Source of the DNA: a bacterium
GTDB lineage: Bacteria > Patescibacteriota > Minisyncoccia > Minisyncoccales > CG1-02-41-26
DNA length: 55,570 nucleotides
Direction of reading: 5' to 3'
Assembly (NCBI GenBank): GCA_021162885.1
Contig: JAGGXV010000022.1
Span: forward strand, 1-55,570
The notes under the pieces: model-generated
The model's input: the letters and a program-made list of their open reading frames with translations, nothing else
Database searches by the model: none
Told to the model about the DNA's origin: nothing
Made by a program: the position numbers and the translations under genes
Shown: piece after piece, positions 24,277-33,005 of the stretch
Layout of the letters: every line of letters starts with the position of its first letter
How positions within the stretch are numbered: the stretch's first letter is position 1

Positions 24277-25913
24277 ATTACCAACCTATTTCAAAAAATA
24301 CAATAGTAGTTGGAGTAAACGAGGGACATGATGGAGGAGCAGCCATAGTGGTAGATGGGATTGTCCGATGTGCTATTTCAGAAGAAAAGTTAAATCGCAA
24401 GAAATACTCTCCTGGTTATTTAAATTCTTTCTTTTATTGTTTAAACGCTCTTAATTTAAAAGTAAAAGATATCTCTTTGATAGTATTTAGCAATTACGGA
24501 AAAAGACTTCCCGAACACTACCAAGGAATGTTGAAATCCTTAGGAATTCCTCCTAAAAAATTTATAACCGCCGATCACCATTTATCCCATGCATTTGGAG
24601 CTTACTTTTTATCTCCCTTTGATGAAGCTTTAATTCTTGTTATTGATGGACAAGGAAATGGAAATGACACTGAGAGTTATTACATTGGGGAAGGTCAAAG
24701 AATTGAGAAAATAGGAGGAAACTCGCCAAACCAAGTCCCGGCGAAAGGAATTGGAAGAACATACGAGGCATTTACAAATTTTCTCGGTTGGATTGATCAA
24801 GAAGCCGGAAAAACAATGGCTTTAGCAGCTTACGGAGATGCTTCAAAAATATCAATTCCTCTCTTTAGATTGAAAGGGTTGAAAGTTATAGGAGCTTTAG
24901 ATTATAAATATGAAAGAGGAGTTATTGAGTTTGCTAAACGATATTCCTTGGATTTCGGTCCTTCATATAGCCGTGGTAATAATCCAAAATCTATAGATGT
25001 TGCTGCCTATGTCCAAAAGGAAGTTGAAAGAATTTTGATTGAATTAATTACTAAACTGGTAGAAAACACAGGTAAAAGAAAATTATGCTATGCAGGGGGT
25101 GTAGCGCTTAATTGTGTTGCTAATTATAAACTTTTCCAAAAAAGAATTGTTGATGATATTTTTATTTTACCAGCGGCCTCCGATAAAGGCCAAGCTATTG
25201 GAAACGCTCTTTATGGTTTCTACAAATTAGAAGGTTATATTCCACGACAACCATTAAGAAATGACTATTTTGGAAGAGAATATTCAGAAAAAGAAATCCT
25301 CTCGGTTCTCAAAGGAGAAAAAGTATACATAGAAAAACACATACCTACTCAACGCCAATTTTTATTTGAAAGACAGAACTCTATTCCAAAAACAGCGGCC
25401 CAACTTTTAGCTGATGGCAAAATAATCGGATGGTTTCAAGGTGGTAGTGAACTGGGGCCGAGAGCACTTGGTCATCGAAGTATTTTGTGTGACCCCAGAA
25501 ATATAAAGTTAAAAAATCAATTAAATGAAAAAATTAAACATCGAGAGTGGTTTCGTCCTTTTGCGCCGAGTTGTCTGTTAGAAAAAACACCAGAATATTT
25601 TGCATACGACAACTCTTTTCCCTACATGCTTTTTGCTCTACCAGTAAAATCTGATAAAAAAACTAAAATACCAGCTGTTATCCATATAAACGGTACTTCA
25701 AGAATTCAAACCGTAACTAAAGAAGATAATGATATATTTTTCGATCTTATTAAAGAATTTTATAATATAACCGGAATCCCTATGATATTAAATACTTCTT
25801 TTAATAGTCAAGAACCTATTGTAGAAACCCCCGAACACGCTTTATCAACTTTTTTAAAAACTGAGATGGATTATTTAGCTATTAACGACTTTTTAGTATG
25901 GAAAAAGAAATGA
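24273..25913 (+). CDS. carbamoyltransferase (NodU/CmcH family)
   Basis: 546 aa. It has the typical N-terminus VVGVNEGHDGGAAIV, then DHHLSHAFGAY, GGVALNCVAN and a C-terminal domain GPRALGHRSIL ... NTSFN. It overlaps the upstream stop by 4 nt. Confidence 0.88.
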   Translation: MNYQPISKNTIVVGVNEGHDGGAAIVVDGIVRCAISEEKLNRKKYSPGYLNSFFYCLNALNLKVKDISLIVFSNYGKRLPEHYQGMLKSLGIPPKKFITADHHLSHAFGAYFLSPFDEALILVIDGQGNGNDTESYYIGEGQRIEKIGGNSPNQVPAKGIGRTYEAFTNFLGWIDQEAGKTMALAAYGDASKISIPLFRLKGLKVIGALDYKYERGVIEFAKRYSLDFGPSYSRGNNPKSIDVAAYVQKEVERILIELITKLVENTGKRKLCYAGGVALNCVANYKLFQKRIVDDIFILPAASDKGQAIGNALYGFYKLEGYIPRQPLRNDYFGREYSEKEILSVLKGEKVYIEKHIPTQRQFLFERQNSIPKTAAQLLADGKIIGWFQGGSELGPRALGHRSILCDPRNIKLKNQLNEKIKHREWFRPFAPSCLLEKTPEYFAYDNSFPYMLFALPVKSDKKTKIPAVIHINGTSRIQTVTKEDNDIFFDLIKEFYNITGIPMILNTSFNSQEPIVETPEHALSTFLKTEMDYLAINDFLVWKKK

Positions 25914-25932
25914 TAATTTATAGAATTTAATT

Positions 25933-26379
25933 ATGAGATTTCCAAATCAAGTTTCAGTATACTGCTTATTTTGTGAAACTGGAAGAAATTTTTATATTCT
26001 TGCAAAGCGAAATAAAAAACGAGGCGGTTTTTGGCAACCCATTACAGGTGGTGAAGAAGATATTGATAAAGGAGATTTGTTCCAGACAGTAATCCGAGAA
26101 ACAAAAGAAGAGCTTGGTATTGAGATTACTAAAAAGCAAATTTGGAAAATTCCATATTCTTTTCAATTTATAGACAAAGATGGCGTTCAAAGGACTGAAT
26201 ACTGTTTTGGAGTAGTTCTTACATCAAAACAAAAAGAGAAAATTCGCTTATCTAAAGAGCATACAGCAATTATTTATGGAACTGACGTAGAATATCTGAA
26301 GTCTCTTCTTAAATTCGAGGAAAATCGTATAGCGTTAGACAAATTTTATCAATGGGCAAAAACCAACCTAAAAGATTAG
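25933..26379 (+). CDS. Nudix hydrolase (NudB-like)
   Basis: 148 aa. The Nudix box is GGEEDIDKGDLFQTVIRETKEELGI. GGFWQPITGG resembles the FWQSVTG motif of NudB-type enzymes. Confidence 0.85.
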   Translation: MRFPNQVSVYCLFCETGRNFYILAKRNKKRGGFWQPITGGEEDIDKGDLFQTVIRETKEELGIEITKKQIWKIPYSFQFIDKDGVQRTEYCFGVVLTSKQKEKIRLSKEHTAIIYGTDVEYLKSLLKFEENRIALDKFYQWAKTNLKD

Positions 26380-27068
26380 AAATCAAACTTCCTAAATCAT
26401 TACAAACCTCTATTCGAGATGGATATATAATTTCCATTATTCAGTTTGGGTCTTCTCTTCGTAGAGTGAATTATCATGACATTGACCTTGCAATTGTGGT
26501 TAAAAGTGGTTGCTACGAAAAATTCGTTAGAAAAATATATGGGAAAAACTTTAATGGTTTTGATATCTCTCTCATTAAAGAGGAGGAGGTTCAAGGAGCC
26601 AAAAAATTTCGATTTGGTAGTCACGGAGCACACTTTCTTTATTCCTTAATCAACGGGAAAGTGCTATATGGAATAAATCCTTTCCGTAAATACAGAGTCA
26701 CAAAACGGCAAATAAAAGATTCTATAATCCCACCACTTTATAATTACATAGAAGACGTTAGAAGAGCGATATTCGAGGGTAAAATCAAAAAGAGCATTAA
26801 ACAACGTTGGCCAAAATTCCTTAGATTATCCCTTTATTTAATAGATCCCGATTTGAAATATTTCGAGGCCCTCAATTTGAGGGAACATAAATTAAAAATC
26901 TATCTGAATAAATATCAGATAAAAGTAAATATTCAACCAAAAAGACCTGAAAACTTACTTATCGCTTACGAAACCATTTGGGAGGAAGTGTTAAAAAAAT
27001 ACAAACTGCTTTCTTCTCCAAAATATTCAAAAAAAATGGTTAGGTTTCTGAGCCTAACCATTTCGTAA
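26352..27068 (+). CDS. Pol-beta-superfamily nucleotidyltransferase with helical C-terminal domain
   Basis: 238 aa. IQFGSSLRRVNYHDIDLAIVV gives the GS and DxD NTase motifs. It overlaps the Nudix gene by 28 nt. Confidence 0.7.
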   Translation: MGKNQPKRLEIKLPKSLQTSIRDGYIISIIQFGSSLRRVNYHDIDLAIVVKSGCYEKFVRKIYGKNFNGFDISLIKEEEVQGAKKFRFGSHGAHFLYSLINGKVLYGINPFRKYRVTKRQIKDSIIPPLYNYIEDVRRAIFEGKIKKSIKQRWPKFLRLSLYLIDPDLKYFEALNLREHKLKIYLNKYQIKVNIQPKRPENLLIAYETIWEEVLKKYKLLSSPKYSKKMVRFLSLTIS

Positions 27069-27653
27069 ATTGGTTGTGCATTCTTTGATAAAAGAAAACA
27101 CACATTTGCTGACTTGTATAAGTTCCCCCTTTTTATTTTCAAACACTTTGATGGGGATTTTAAGTTGTTTCGCTTGGGAAAAGGCTGTTCGGAGTTCTAT
27201 TTCTTGGTGGGAAGCGATTTTGTTAAGATCAAAGAAGTTGCGATCTGGTCGAGAAGATAATTCACGTACACGTCGAGCAAGGATAGTTTCAGGGCTTGCT
27301 ATGACTACCACAAATGCTAGCATTTGAATTTCGTCTCCGGATTTATAGGGCCGGATGAAGTAGGTTCCATTCTCTTTGAGATAAGCAAAATGATCGTCTC
27401 TAATTCGTATTGTTTTTGGTTCTTTCCGATCTAATTCGGAAAAATAAGCTACCATCCGTTCACGTGCTTCTGACCGAACTTCTTCTGGCAAAAGTTGATA
27501 TTCATCTGCGGATGTCACCCCAGTAAGTTGGTATAACATTTTTCTTTCTTCCATACCTTGAAGAGGAAACCCTGTTTTCCTAGCAAATTTTATTATCGCT
27601 CTGATGAGAGTTGTTTTTCCAACACCAGGAACTCCACCAATATAGACAAACAC
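27054..27653 (-). CDS. P-loop NMP-kinase-like protein
   Basis: 199 aa with a GTG start after GGAGGTGAAAAA. It has a Walker A motif GGVPGVGKTT and an Arg-rich LID-like segment ARRVRELSSRPDR. Its 3' end overlaps the convergent NTase gene by 15 nt. Confidence 0.7.
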   Translation of the reverse strand: MFVYIGGVPGVGKTTLIRAIIKFARKTGFPLQGMEERKMLYQLTGVTSADEYQLLPEEVRSEARERMVAYFSELDRKEPKTIRIRDDHFAYLKENGTYFIRPYKSGDEIQMLAFVVVIASPETILARRVRELSSRPDRNFFDLNKIASHQEIELRTAFSQAKQLKIPIKVFENKKGELIQVSKCVFSFIKECTTNLRNG

Positions 27654-27685
27654 TTTTTCACCTCCATCATTTTTCCACTATATTA

Positions 27686-28258
27686 TTAAAGTGCAAGAAG
27701 GTTATTTTTATCTCCTGAAAGAATTTTGATTATGTAATCAATGATTTTTTCTACTGGAGTTGCTTTAACTACCCTTTCCTCGATTTTAGGCTCCAGTATT
27801 GTGATACCAAGCTTCTTAAGTTTGGCAAGATTATCCTGCAAGATGGGGTTGCTATAAAACTTTAGATTCATTGTTGGAACTATGAAAAGCTTATCAGGAG
27901 TAGTCGCACCACACAAAGAAGTCACGGCATTATCCGCTATTCCGTTAGCTATTTTATTAATAGTATTGAAGGTGGCAGGATAGACTATTACTAAATCGAA
28001 ATCAGATAGGTGCTCAGTGGAACCGGTAAGTTCTGTCACTACTGGCTTTTTGCTCATCGACTTCATAATTTCAGGGCTTACACCATGCTTTACAGCATTC
28101 TCAGTCATGAAACATTGGATTTCGGCTTTATGCTTTTTTCTGAGTTCTCTAGCAAATTTAGGAGCCGCTATTATAGCTATGCTTCCCGTAAGACACAGTG
28201 CTATTTTCTTTCCTTCTAAAATACCCTGAGCATTTCTTTTCTTTTTGTTCTCTTCCAT
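27686..28258 (-). CDS. HFCD-family flavoprotein (CoaC/EpiD-like cysteine decarboxylase fold)
   Basis: 190 aa. Motifs are KIALCLTGSIAIIAAP and YPATFNTINKIANGIADNAVTSL (PASANT..K.A.GIADNL signature). Confidence 0.8.
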   Translation of the reverse strand: MEENKKKRNAQGILEGKKIALCLTGSIAIIAAPKFARELRKKHKAEIQCFMTENAVKHGVSPEIMKSMSKKPVVTELTGSTEHLSDFDLVIVYPATFNTINKIANGIADNAVTSLCGATTPDKLFIVPTMNLKFYSNPILQDNLAKLKKLGITILEPKIEERVVKATPVEKIIDYIIKILSGDKNNLLAL

Positions 28259-28293
28259 TTTCTCCTCCTTTTAAAGAACTTACTTTATTCTTC

Positions 28294-28322
28294 ATTATAA
28301 TGCAATAAAAACTTTTTGTCAA
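28294..28322 (-). promoter_or_regulatory. consensus sigma70-type promoter for the flavoprotein/kinase operon
   Basis: On the minus strand, TTGACA (28322-28317) is followed by exactly 17 nt and then TATAAT (28299-28294). It lies about 35 nt upstream of the start codon. Confidence 0.7.
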
Positions 28323-28446
28323 ATTTTCCTCTCGATTAAGCTTCAAATTTATTAATCTCAACGAAATGAACTTTCGGTACTCTAAATTACGAATTTATAA
28401 GAAAAAAATTTTAAAGAGAGCCCAATCTCTTGTTTCTAAAAGCAAG

Positions 28447-29031
28447 CTACCCAAGTGCTATTGATTCTAAGATTGTGTATTCTGCACCGGTTCTTTTCAA
28501 TTTGCTTTCCATTATTTCAATTGACTTGACTTCAAAATCCAAAGAAATTTCTTTTTCAATCTCCGGCCGTTCTTCTGGTTCAATTCTTCTCCACTGCCAT
28601 GTCCTGATTCTTCCTAAAGTAATATGGGGAGAAAACTCCCTTTTTTCTACTTTTCTCAAAATGCCGGATTTAGCCATCTCTTTTTTCAGTTTTTCAGCCG
28701 AATTCAACAATTCTGGCTTTTTTTCTAATTCAATCCAGATTAAACGGGGTGGTATTTGTTTTGGTGGTCCATAACATACTTTTTTAAATTTCAGAGAAAA
28801 TGGCTTTTGCGCCTCCGCGATATTCTTTACAATTTGGCGAATTTTGGGAATTTTTTCATCTTCGACCGAGCCAATAAAAAGCAAAGTCAGATGCAAATTC
28901 TCCTTTTTCACCCAGCGAACCACTCCCCTATTTGCTTCTTCAGGGAATAAACTATCTAATTCTTTTTCTAAATTCTCTAACTCAGTTTTAATCTTTTCCG
29001 GTAAATTTATAGCAATAAAAATCCTTTTCAT
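28447..29031 (-). CDS. thpR: RNA 2',3'-cyclic phosphodiesterase / 2'-5' RNA ligase (2H phosphoesterase, LigT/ThpR)
   Basis: 194 aa. It has the two H-x-T-x motifs HLTLLFIG and HITLGRI. Confidence 0.88.
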   Translation of the reverse strand: MKRIFIAINLPEKIKTELENLEKELDSLFPEEANRGVVRWVKKENLHLTLLFIGSVEDEKIPKIRQIVKNIAEAQKPFSLKFKKVCYGPPKQIPPRLIWIELEKKPELLNSAEKLKKEMAKSGILRKVEKREFSPHITLGRIRTWQWRRIEPEERPEIEKEISLDFEVKSIEIMESKLKRTGAEYTILESIALG

Positions 29032-29039
29032 ACTCTACC

Positions 29040-29145
29040 AATTACGAATGAAACACGAATTACGAATTTATTCAATTTTAAATCATTTTATGATAAGATT
29101 CAATAATACTAATACTCTATTCGTAATTCGATAAAATTCGTAATT
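29040..29145 (+). repeat. AATTCGT-heptamer cassette (copy D) with ~50-bp insert between arms, immediately upstream of amrS
   Basis: The left arm is aattacgaat-gaaacac-gaattacgaatt (29040-29068). The right arm is attcgtaattcga-taa-aattcgtaatt (29119-29145). The 28 nt at 29118-29145 are identical to 33716-33743. Confidence 0.9.
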
Positions 29146-29157
29146 TGTGAGGAATTT

Positions 29158-30174
29158 ATGAAGGAGGTTTATCTTTACAAAAAACTAAAGAACAAAAAAG
29201 TTCAATGCCAAAATTGTGCTCACTATTGTGTAATTGAACCCGGAAGAAAAGGTAAATGTTATGTCAGAGAAAACAAAGATGGCAAACTTTATTCTTTGGT
29301 TTACGGAAAAGCTTGCGCTATAAACATTGACCCAATTGAGAAAAAGCCATTTTTTCATTTTTTACCAGGTTCTCAATCCTTATCAATTGCCACTGTTGGT
29401 TGTAACTTTGCTTGCCAAAATTGTCAAAATTGGCAAATCTCCCAAGCCCCAAGAATTTTTAAAAAAATAGAAGGTCAAGAGCTTCCACCCAAAGAAGTTA
29501 TCAAAATCGCTTTAGAAAACAATCTTTCATCGATTTCTTACACCTATACGGAACCTGCGATATTTTCCGATTACGCCTTAGACACAATGAAATTAGCAAA
29601 AAAAGCCGGCTTAAAAAACAACTGGGTCTCAAATGGATTTTGGTCAGAAGAATTATTTAATTTAATCTCCCTTTATTTAGACGCCGCCAACATCGACCTT
29701 AAAAGTTTCGATGATAAATTTTATCAAAAATACGCTGGTGGCCGGCTTCAACCGGTTTTAGACACTTTAAAGCGTCTCAAAAAGTCTGGCATTTGGGTTG
29801 AGGTGACAACTTTGGTTATTCCAACTCTCAGTGACGATTTAAAAATGTTAAGGGAAATCGCGGAATTTATCAAAAATGAACTGGGTCCCGAAACTCCTTG
29901 GCATATTTCTCAATTTTCTGGAGTTATTTCTTGGAAACTCCAGCATTTACCCGAAACTCCAGTTGAAACTTTAAAAAAAGCCTGGCAAATCGGCAAAAAA
30001 GCCGGTCTAAAATATGTTTACACTGGCAACATCCCCGGTTTGGAGCAAGAAGACACTTTCTGTCCAAAATGCGGAGCAAAAATGATAGACCGCACCGGCT
30101 ACTCTATCACCCGCTCAGATAACCACGGCAAATGCTCCAAATGTGGCGAAGATTTAAATCTAATTTTAAAATAA
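29158..30174 (+). CDS. amrS: AmmeMemoRadiSam system radical SAM enzyme
   Basis: 338 aa. It has N-terminal Cys motifs CQNCAHYC, a radical SAM cluster GCNFACQNCQNW and a C-terminal zinc ribbon CPKCG..CSKCG. Confidence 0.85.
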   Translation: MKEVYLYKKLKNKKVQCQNCAHYCVIEPGRKGKCYVRENKDGKLYSLVYGKACAINIDPIEKKPFFHFLPGSQSLSIATVGCNFACQNCQNWQISQAPRIFKKIEGQELPPKEVIKIALENNLSSISYTYTEPAIFSDYALDTMKLAKKAGLKNNWVSNGFWSEELFNLISLYLDAANIDLKSFDDKFYQKYAGGRLQPVLDTLKRLKKSGIWVEVTTLVIPTLSDDLKMLREIAEFIKNELGPETPWHISQFSGVISWKLQHLPETPVETLKKAWQIGKKAGLKYVYTGNIPGLEQEDTFCPKCGAKMIDRTGYSITRSDNHGKCSKCGEDLNLILK

Positions 30175-30182
30175 AACAAAAA

Positions 30183-30204
30183 GGGAGCTAAAATCTTAGC
30201 TCCC
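30183..30204. terminator. bidirectional hairpin terminator
   Basis: gggagcta (30183-90) pairs with tagctccc (30197-204). It is flanked by A-runs on one side and T-equivalent runs on the other, between convergent genes. Confidence 0.6.
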
Positions 30205-30212
30205 CTAAAAAA

Positions 30213-30503
30213 TCATTTCCATTTCCATTCCGCAGCTATCCTCGGTGAAGGATCGCCAATTTCAATGTAAAATTCTCCATTATTCAGCTTTATTCTTATC
30301 CCTGGAAAAGCTGCTGGAATTGATGCTTCTATTCTTTCTGACAGAAAAGCTTTGAATTGGGGAAAATTTTCAAGAATGGCAAGAGTTTCTGGTTGGGTGA
30401 AAGAAGAAATTGGAATTCGCATTGCTCTTCCAAATCCCAAAACCTCCTTTAAAGAAGGTTTTGGCACTATCCTTTCCTCAATAATTTCTCTTAAATCCAT
30501 CAC
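30213..30503 (-). CDS. hypothetical protein
   Basis: 96-aa ORF with a strong SD (AAGGAGGGTGTGATG). I recognise no motif. Confidence 0.5.
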   Translation of the reverse strand: MMDLREIIEERIVPKPSLKEVLGFGRAMRIPISSFTQPETLAILENFPQFKAFLSERIEASIPAAFPGIRIKLNNGEFYIEIGDPSPRIAAEWKWK

Positions 30504-30558
30504 ACCCTCCTTATTATAAAATTTTTAATATCCTTATCTTATCACAAAATATACTAAA

Positions 30559-31392
30559 ATGTCAAGTGAACAATTAAAATTTGCTTCAATCTGTCCTCAT
30601 CCCCCAATAATTATTCCAACCATCGGCTCGCCTCCCGATTTAGAAAAAGTCTCAAAAACCATTTCTGCAATGGAAAAGTTGGGAAAAATTTTTGCCAAAA
30701 CTGCTCCAGATACTGTAATAATCGTTTCACCTCACGGTCCGGTTGATTTTAGTCAGTTCACAATAAACGACTCCCCTACTCTCGCTGGTCATTTTTACAA
30801 TTTCGGCGATTTCCAAACAGAATTGGTTTTCAAAAATGATTTGGAATTAATAGAACAAATCAAAAACACCCTAACTTATTTCAACCACGATCGTGGATCA
30901 TTTAAGATAAATCAGTTGCCATTCCGAGAAATTAACTTGAAAGAACTCGACCACGGAGCATTGGTTCCTCTTTATTATCTTTCTCGAGAGTATCCAAAAT
31001 TTAAAGTAGTACCCATTGCCTATTCTTACTTGGATATAGAAACTCATTTTAAATTTGGTAAAATTCTCAAAAAAGCAATAGAATCTCAAGACAAAAAAAT
31101 AGCCATAGTAGCTTCTGGAGATTTGTCTCACCGTTTAACTCCCGAAGCGCCAGCTGGCTACAGTTCTAGAGGCAAAGAATTTGATGAAAAATTGATTGAA
31201 CTTTTAAAAAATAAAGATGTCAAAGGAATTTTAAATATGGACCCCGATTTAGTTGAAGAAGCCGGCGAATGCGGCTATCGCTCAATAATAATTTTGCTGG
31301 GTGCACTTGATGGCTTAAACTGGCAGCCTGAAATTCTTTCTTATGAAGGGCCCTTCGGCGTCGGCTATTTGGTAATGAATTTTAATTTGTGA
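30559..31392 (+). CDS. class III extradiol dioxygenase-fold protein (LigB/Memo superfamily; AmmeMemoRadiSam partner B-like)
   Basis: 277 aa. Motifs are CPHPPIIIP, IVSPHGP, ASGDLSHRL and GECGYRS. Confidence 0.7.
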   Translation: MSSEQLKFASICPHPPIIIPTIGSPPDLEKVSKTISAMEKLGKIFAKTAPDTVIIVSPHGPVDFSQFTINDSPTLAGHFYNFGDFQTELVFKNDLELIEQIKNTLTYFNHDRGSFKINQLPFREINLKELDHGALVPLYYLSREYPKFKVVPIAYSYLDIETHFKFGKILKKAIESQDKKIAIVASGDLSHRLTPEAPAGYSSRGKEFDEKLIELLKNKDVKGILNMDPDLVEEAGECGYRSIIILLGALDGLNWQPEILSYEGPFGVGYLVMNFNL

Positions 31393-32153
31393 TTAATTTT
31401 TCAAAGATTAAAAAAATTTTCTCTCAAGAAGCCAAGTTAATTGAGATAAAAAACCCAAAGAAGGTTATTTTTGTTGGGGATACTCATGGAGATTTAGAAG
31501 CATCGGAGAAAGTAATTAAAAAGTATCTTAAACCAGCTAACAAAATTGTCTTTTTAGGGGATTACATAGACAGAGGGCTTCATTCAAAAGAGAATTTAGA
31601 TTATCTACTTGAGCAAAAAGAAAAGTTTCCTAATCAAATTTATCTTTGCGGAGGCAACCACGAAGGCCACCATATTTTAGAATTTTCACCAGCTGATTTC
31701 TGGGAAAATTTAAATATTGATGAATACAGAAAATATACAGAAATTGTCAAGAAATTCCCTTTAGTGGCAGTTGTTAGAGATATTATCGCTTTGCATGGTG
31801 CTTTACCTGATGTAAAAAATCTAAAAGAGATAAACAAAATAGAGCTAGGGAGTGAACGATGGTTCCAGATTACTTGGGGAGATTTCGTAGAAGAACCCGG
31901 AAAATTTTTAGGGTTTAATTCAATGACTGGTCGTCCCCAGTTTGGCAGAGATTGGTTCAATAATTTAATGGAAAGATTTCACAAAAAAGTTCTCATTCGC
32001 TCCCACCAACCCACCGCTCCCCAATTTATGTATGACAATCGCTGTCTCACCATTTTCACCTCCTCTGCTTATGCTCGCGAAAGAACCATTGCTATTGCTG
32101 ATTTCACTAAACAAATAAAAACTGCCAAAGATTTAGAAATTAAAAGAATTTAA
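31389..32153 (+). CDS. PPP-family (calcineurin-like) metallophosphoesterase
   Basis: 254 aa. Motifs are GDTHGD, GDYIDRG and GNHE. The GTG start overlaps the upstream stop (GTGA). Confidence 0.85.
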   Translation: MINFSKIKKIFSQEAKLIEIKNPKKVIFVGDTHGDLEASEKVIKKYLKPANKIVFLGDYIDRGLHSKENLDYLLEQKEKFPNQIYLCGGNHEGHHILEFSPADFWENLNIDEYRKYTEIVKKFPLVAVVRDIIALHGALPDVKNLKEINKIELGSERWFQITWGDFVEEPGKFLGFNSMTGRPQFGRDWFNNLMERFHKKVLIRSHQPTAPQFMYDNRCLTIFTSSAYARERTIAIADFTKQIKTAKDLEIKRI

Positions 32154-32159
32154 CACTTT

Positions 32160-32468
32160 ATGAAATTTGTGGTAAAAAATATATCAGGAGAGAATCTTAT
32201 AAATTTGATGAGGAAGATTGGCTACCATTATGCTGGAGAGAGCCGTGATAAAACGCAGCTAACATTTACTCGTTCTTTAGGGCCTAATTCTTATCCTCGC
32301 TTTCATATTTATTTAAAAGAAAATAAAGAGACCGGAGAGATATTTTTAAATTTGCATCTTGACCAGAAAAAACCAATTTACAAAGGTGCTCCAGCCCATA
32401 GCGCTGAGTACGAAGGTGAAGTTGTTGAAAAGGAAGCAGAAAGGATTAAAAATGTGTTAAATAAATGA
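32160..32468 (+). CDS. hypothetical small protein
   Basis: 102-aa ORF starting 6 nt after the upstream stop. I recognise no motif. Confidence 0.55.
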   Translation: MKFVVKNISGENLINLMRKIGYHYAGESRDKTQLTFTRSLGPNSYPRFHIYLKENKETGEIFLNLHLDQKKPIYKGAPAHSAEYEGEVVEKEAERIKNVLNK

Positions 32469-32480
32469 TAAAATAGAGTA

Positions 32481-33005
32481 ATGAATCCTTTTATTGAATT
32501 AGCAAAAAAGGCGGTAGAGAATTACATCAAAAAAGGAGAAATTATTGATGTGCCGGATAATTTGCCAAGAGAGATATTAGAAAAGAAATCTGGCACTTTT
32601 GTGACTATTAAAAAGAGTGGTCAACTGCGTGGCTGTATAGGCACTTATTTGCCAACAAGAGAGAATATTGCTGAAGAAATAATTCGAAATGCCATAGCTG
32701 CAGCCACCCAAGATTATCGATTTGATGCAGTACAAAAAGAAGAACTTCCTTATTTGTCTTACACTGTTTATATTTTAGACAAACCAGAACAAATAAAAGA
32801 TATTTCCGAACTCGACCCTAAAAAATACGGTATTTTGATAAAAACTTTAGATTTCCCCCCTAAATCCGCTCTCTTGCTCCCAGATTTAGAGGGTTTAGAT
32901 ACAGTTGAAAAACAGCTTTTTGCTGCCTGCCAAAAAGCCGGAATTAACCCAGAAAAAGAAAAAATTGTAATCTATAAATTTTCAGCCAAAAAATATGGCA
33001 AATGA
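32481..33005 (+). CDS. amrA: AMMECR1-domain protein (AmmeMemoRadiSam system protein A)
   Basis: 174 aa with GTFVTIKKSGQLRGCIGTYLPT (LRGCIG signature). Confidence 0.88.
   Translation: MNPFIELAKKAVENYIKKGEIIDVPDNLPREILEKKSGTFVTIKKSGQLRGCIGTYLPTRENIAEEIIRNAIAAATQDYRFDAVQKEELPYLSYTVYILDKPEQIKDISELDPKKYGILIKTLDFPPKSALLLPDLEGLDTVEKQLFAACQKAGINPEKEKIVIYKFSAKKYGK

Noticed and set aside
28430-29134. Plus-strand ORFs (114, 64 and 96 aa) lie across the ligT locus.
   Set aside because: They are antisense to a 2H phosphoesterase with both HxTx motifs, and I recognise no motifs in them.
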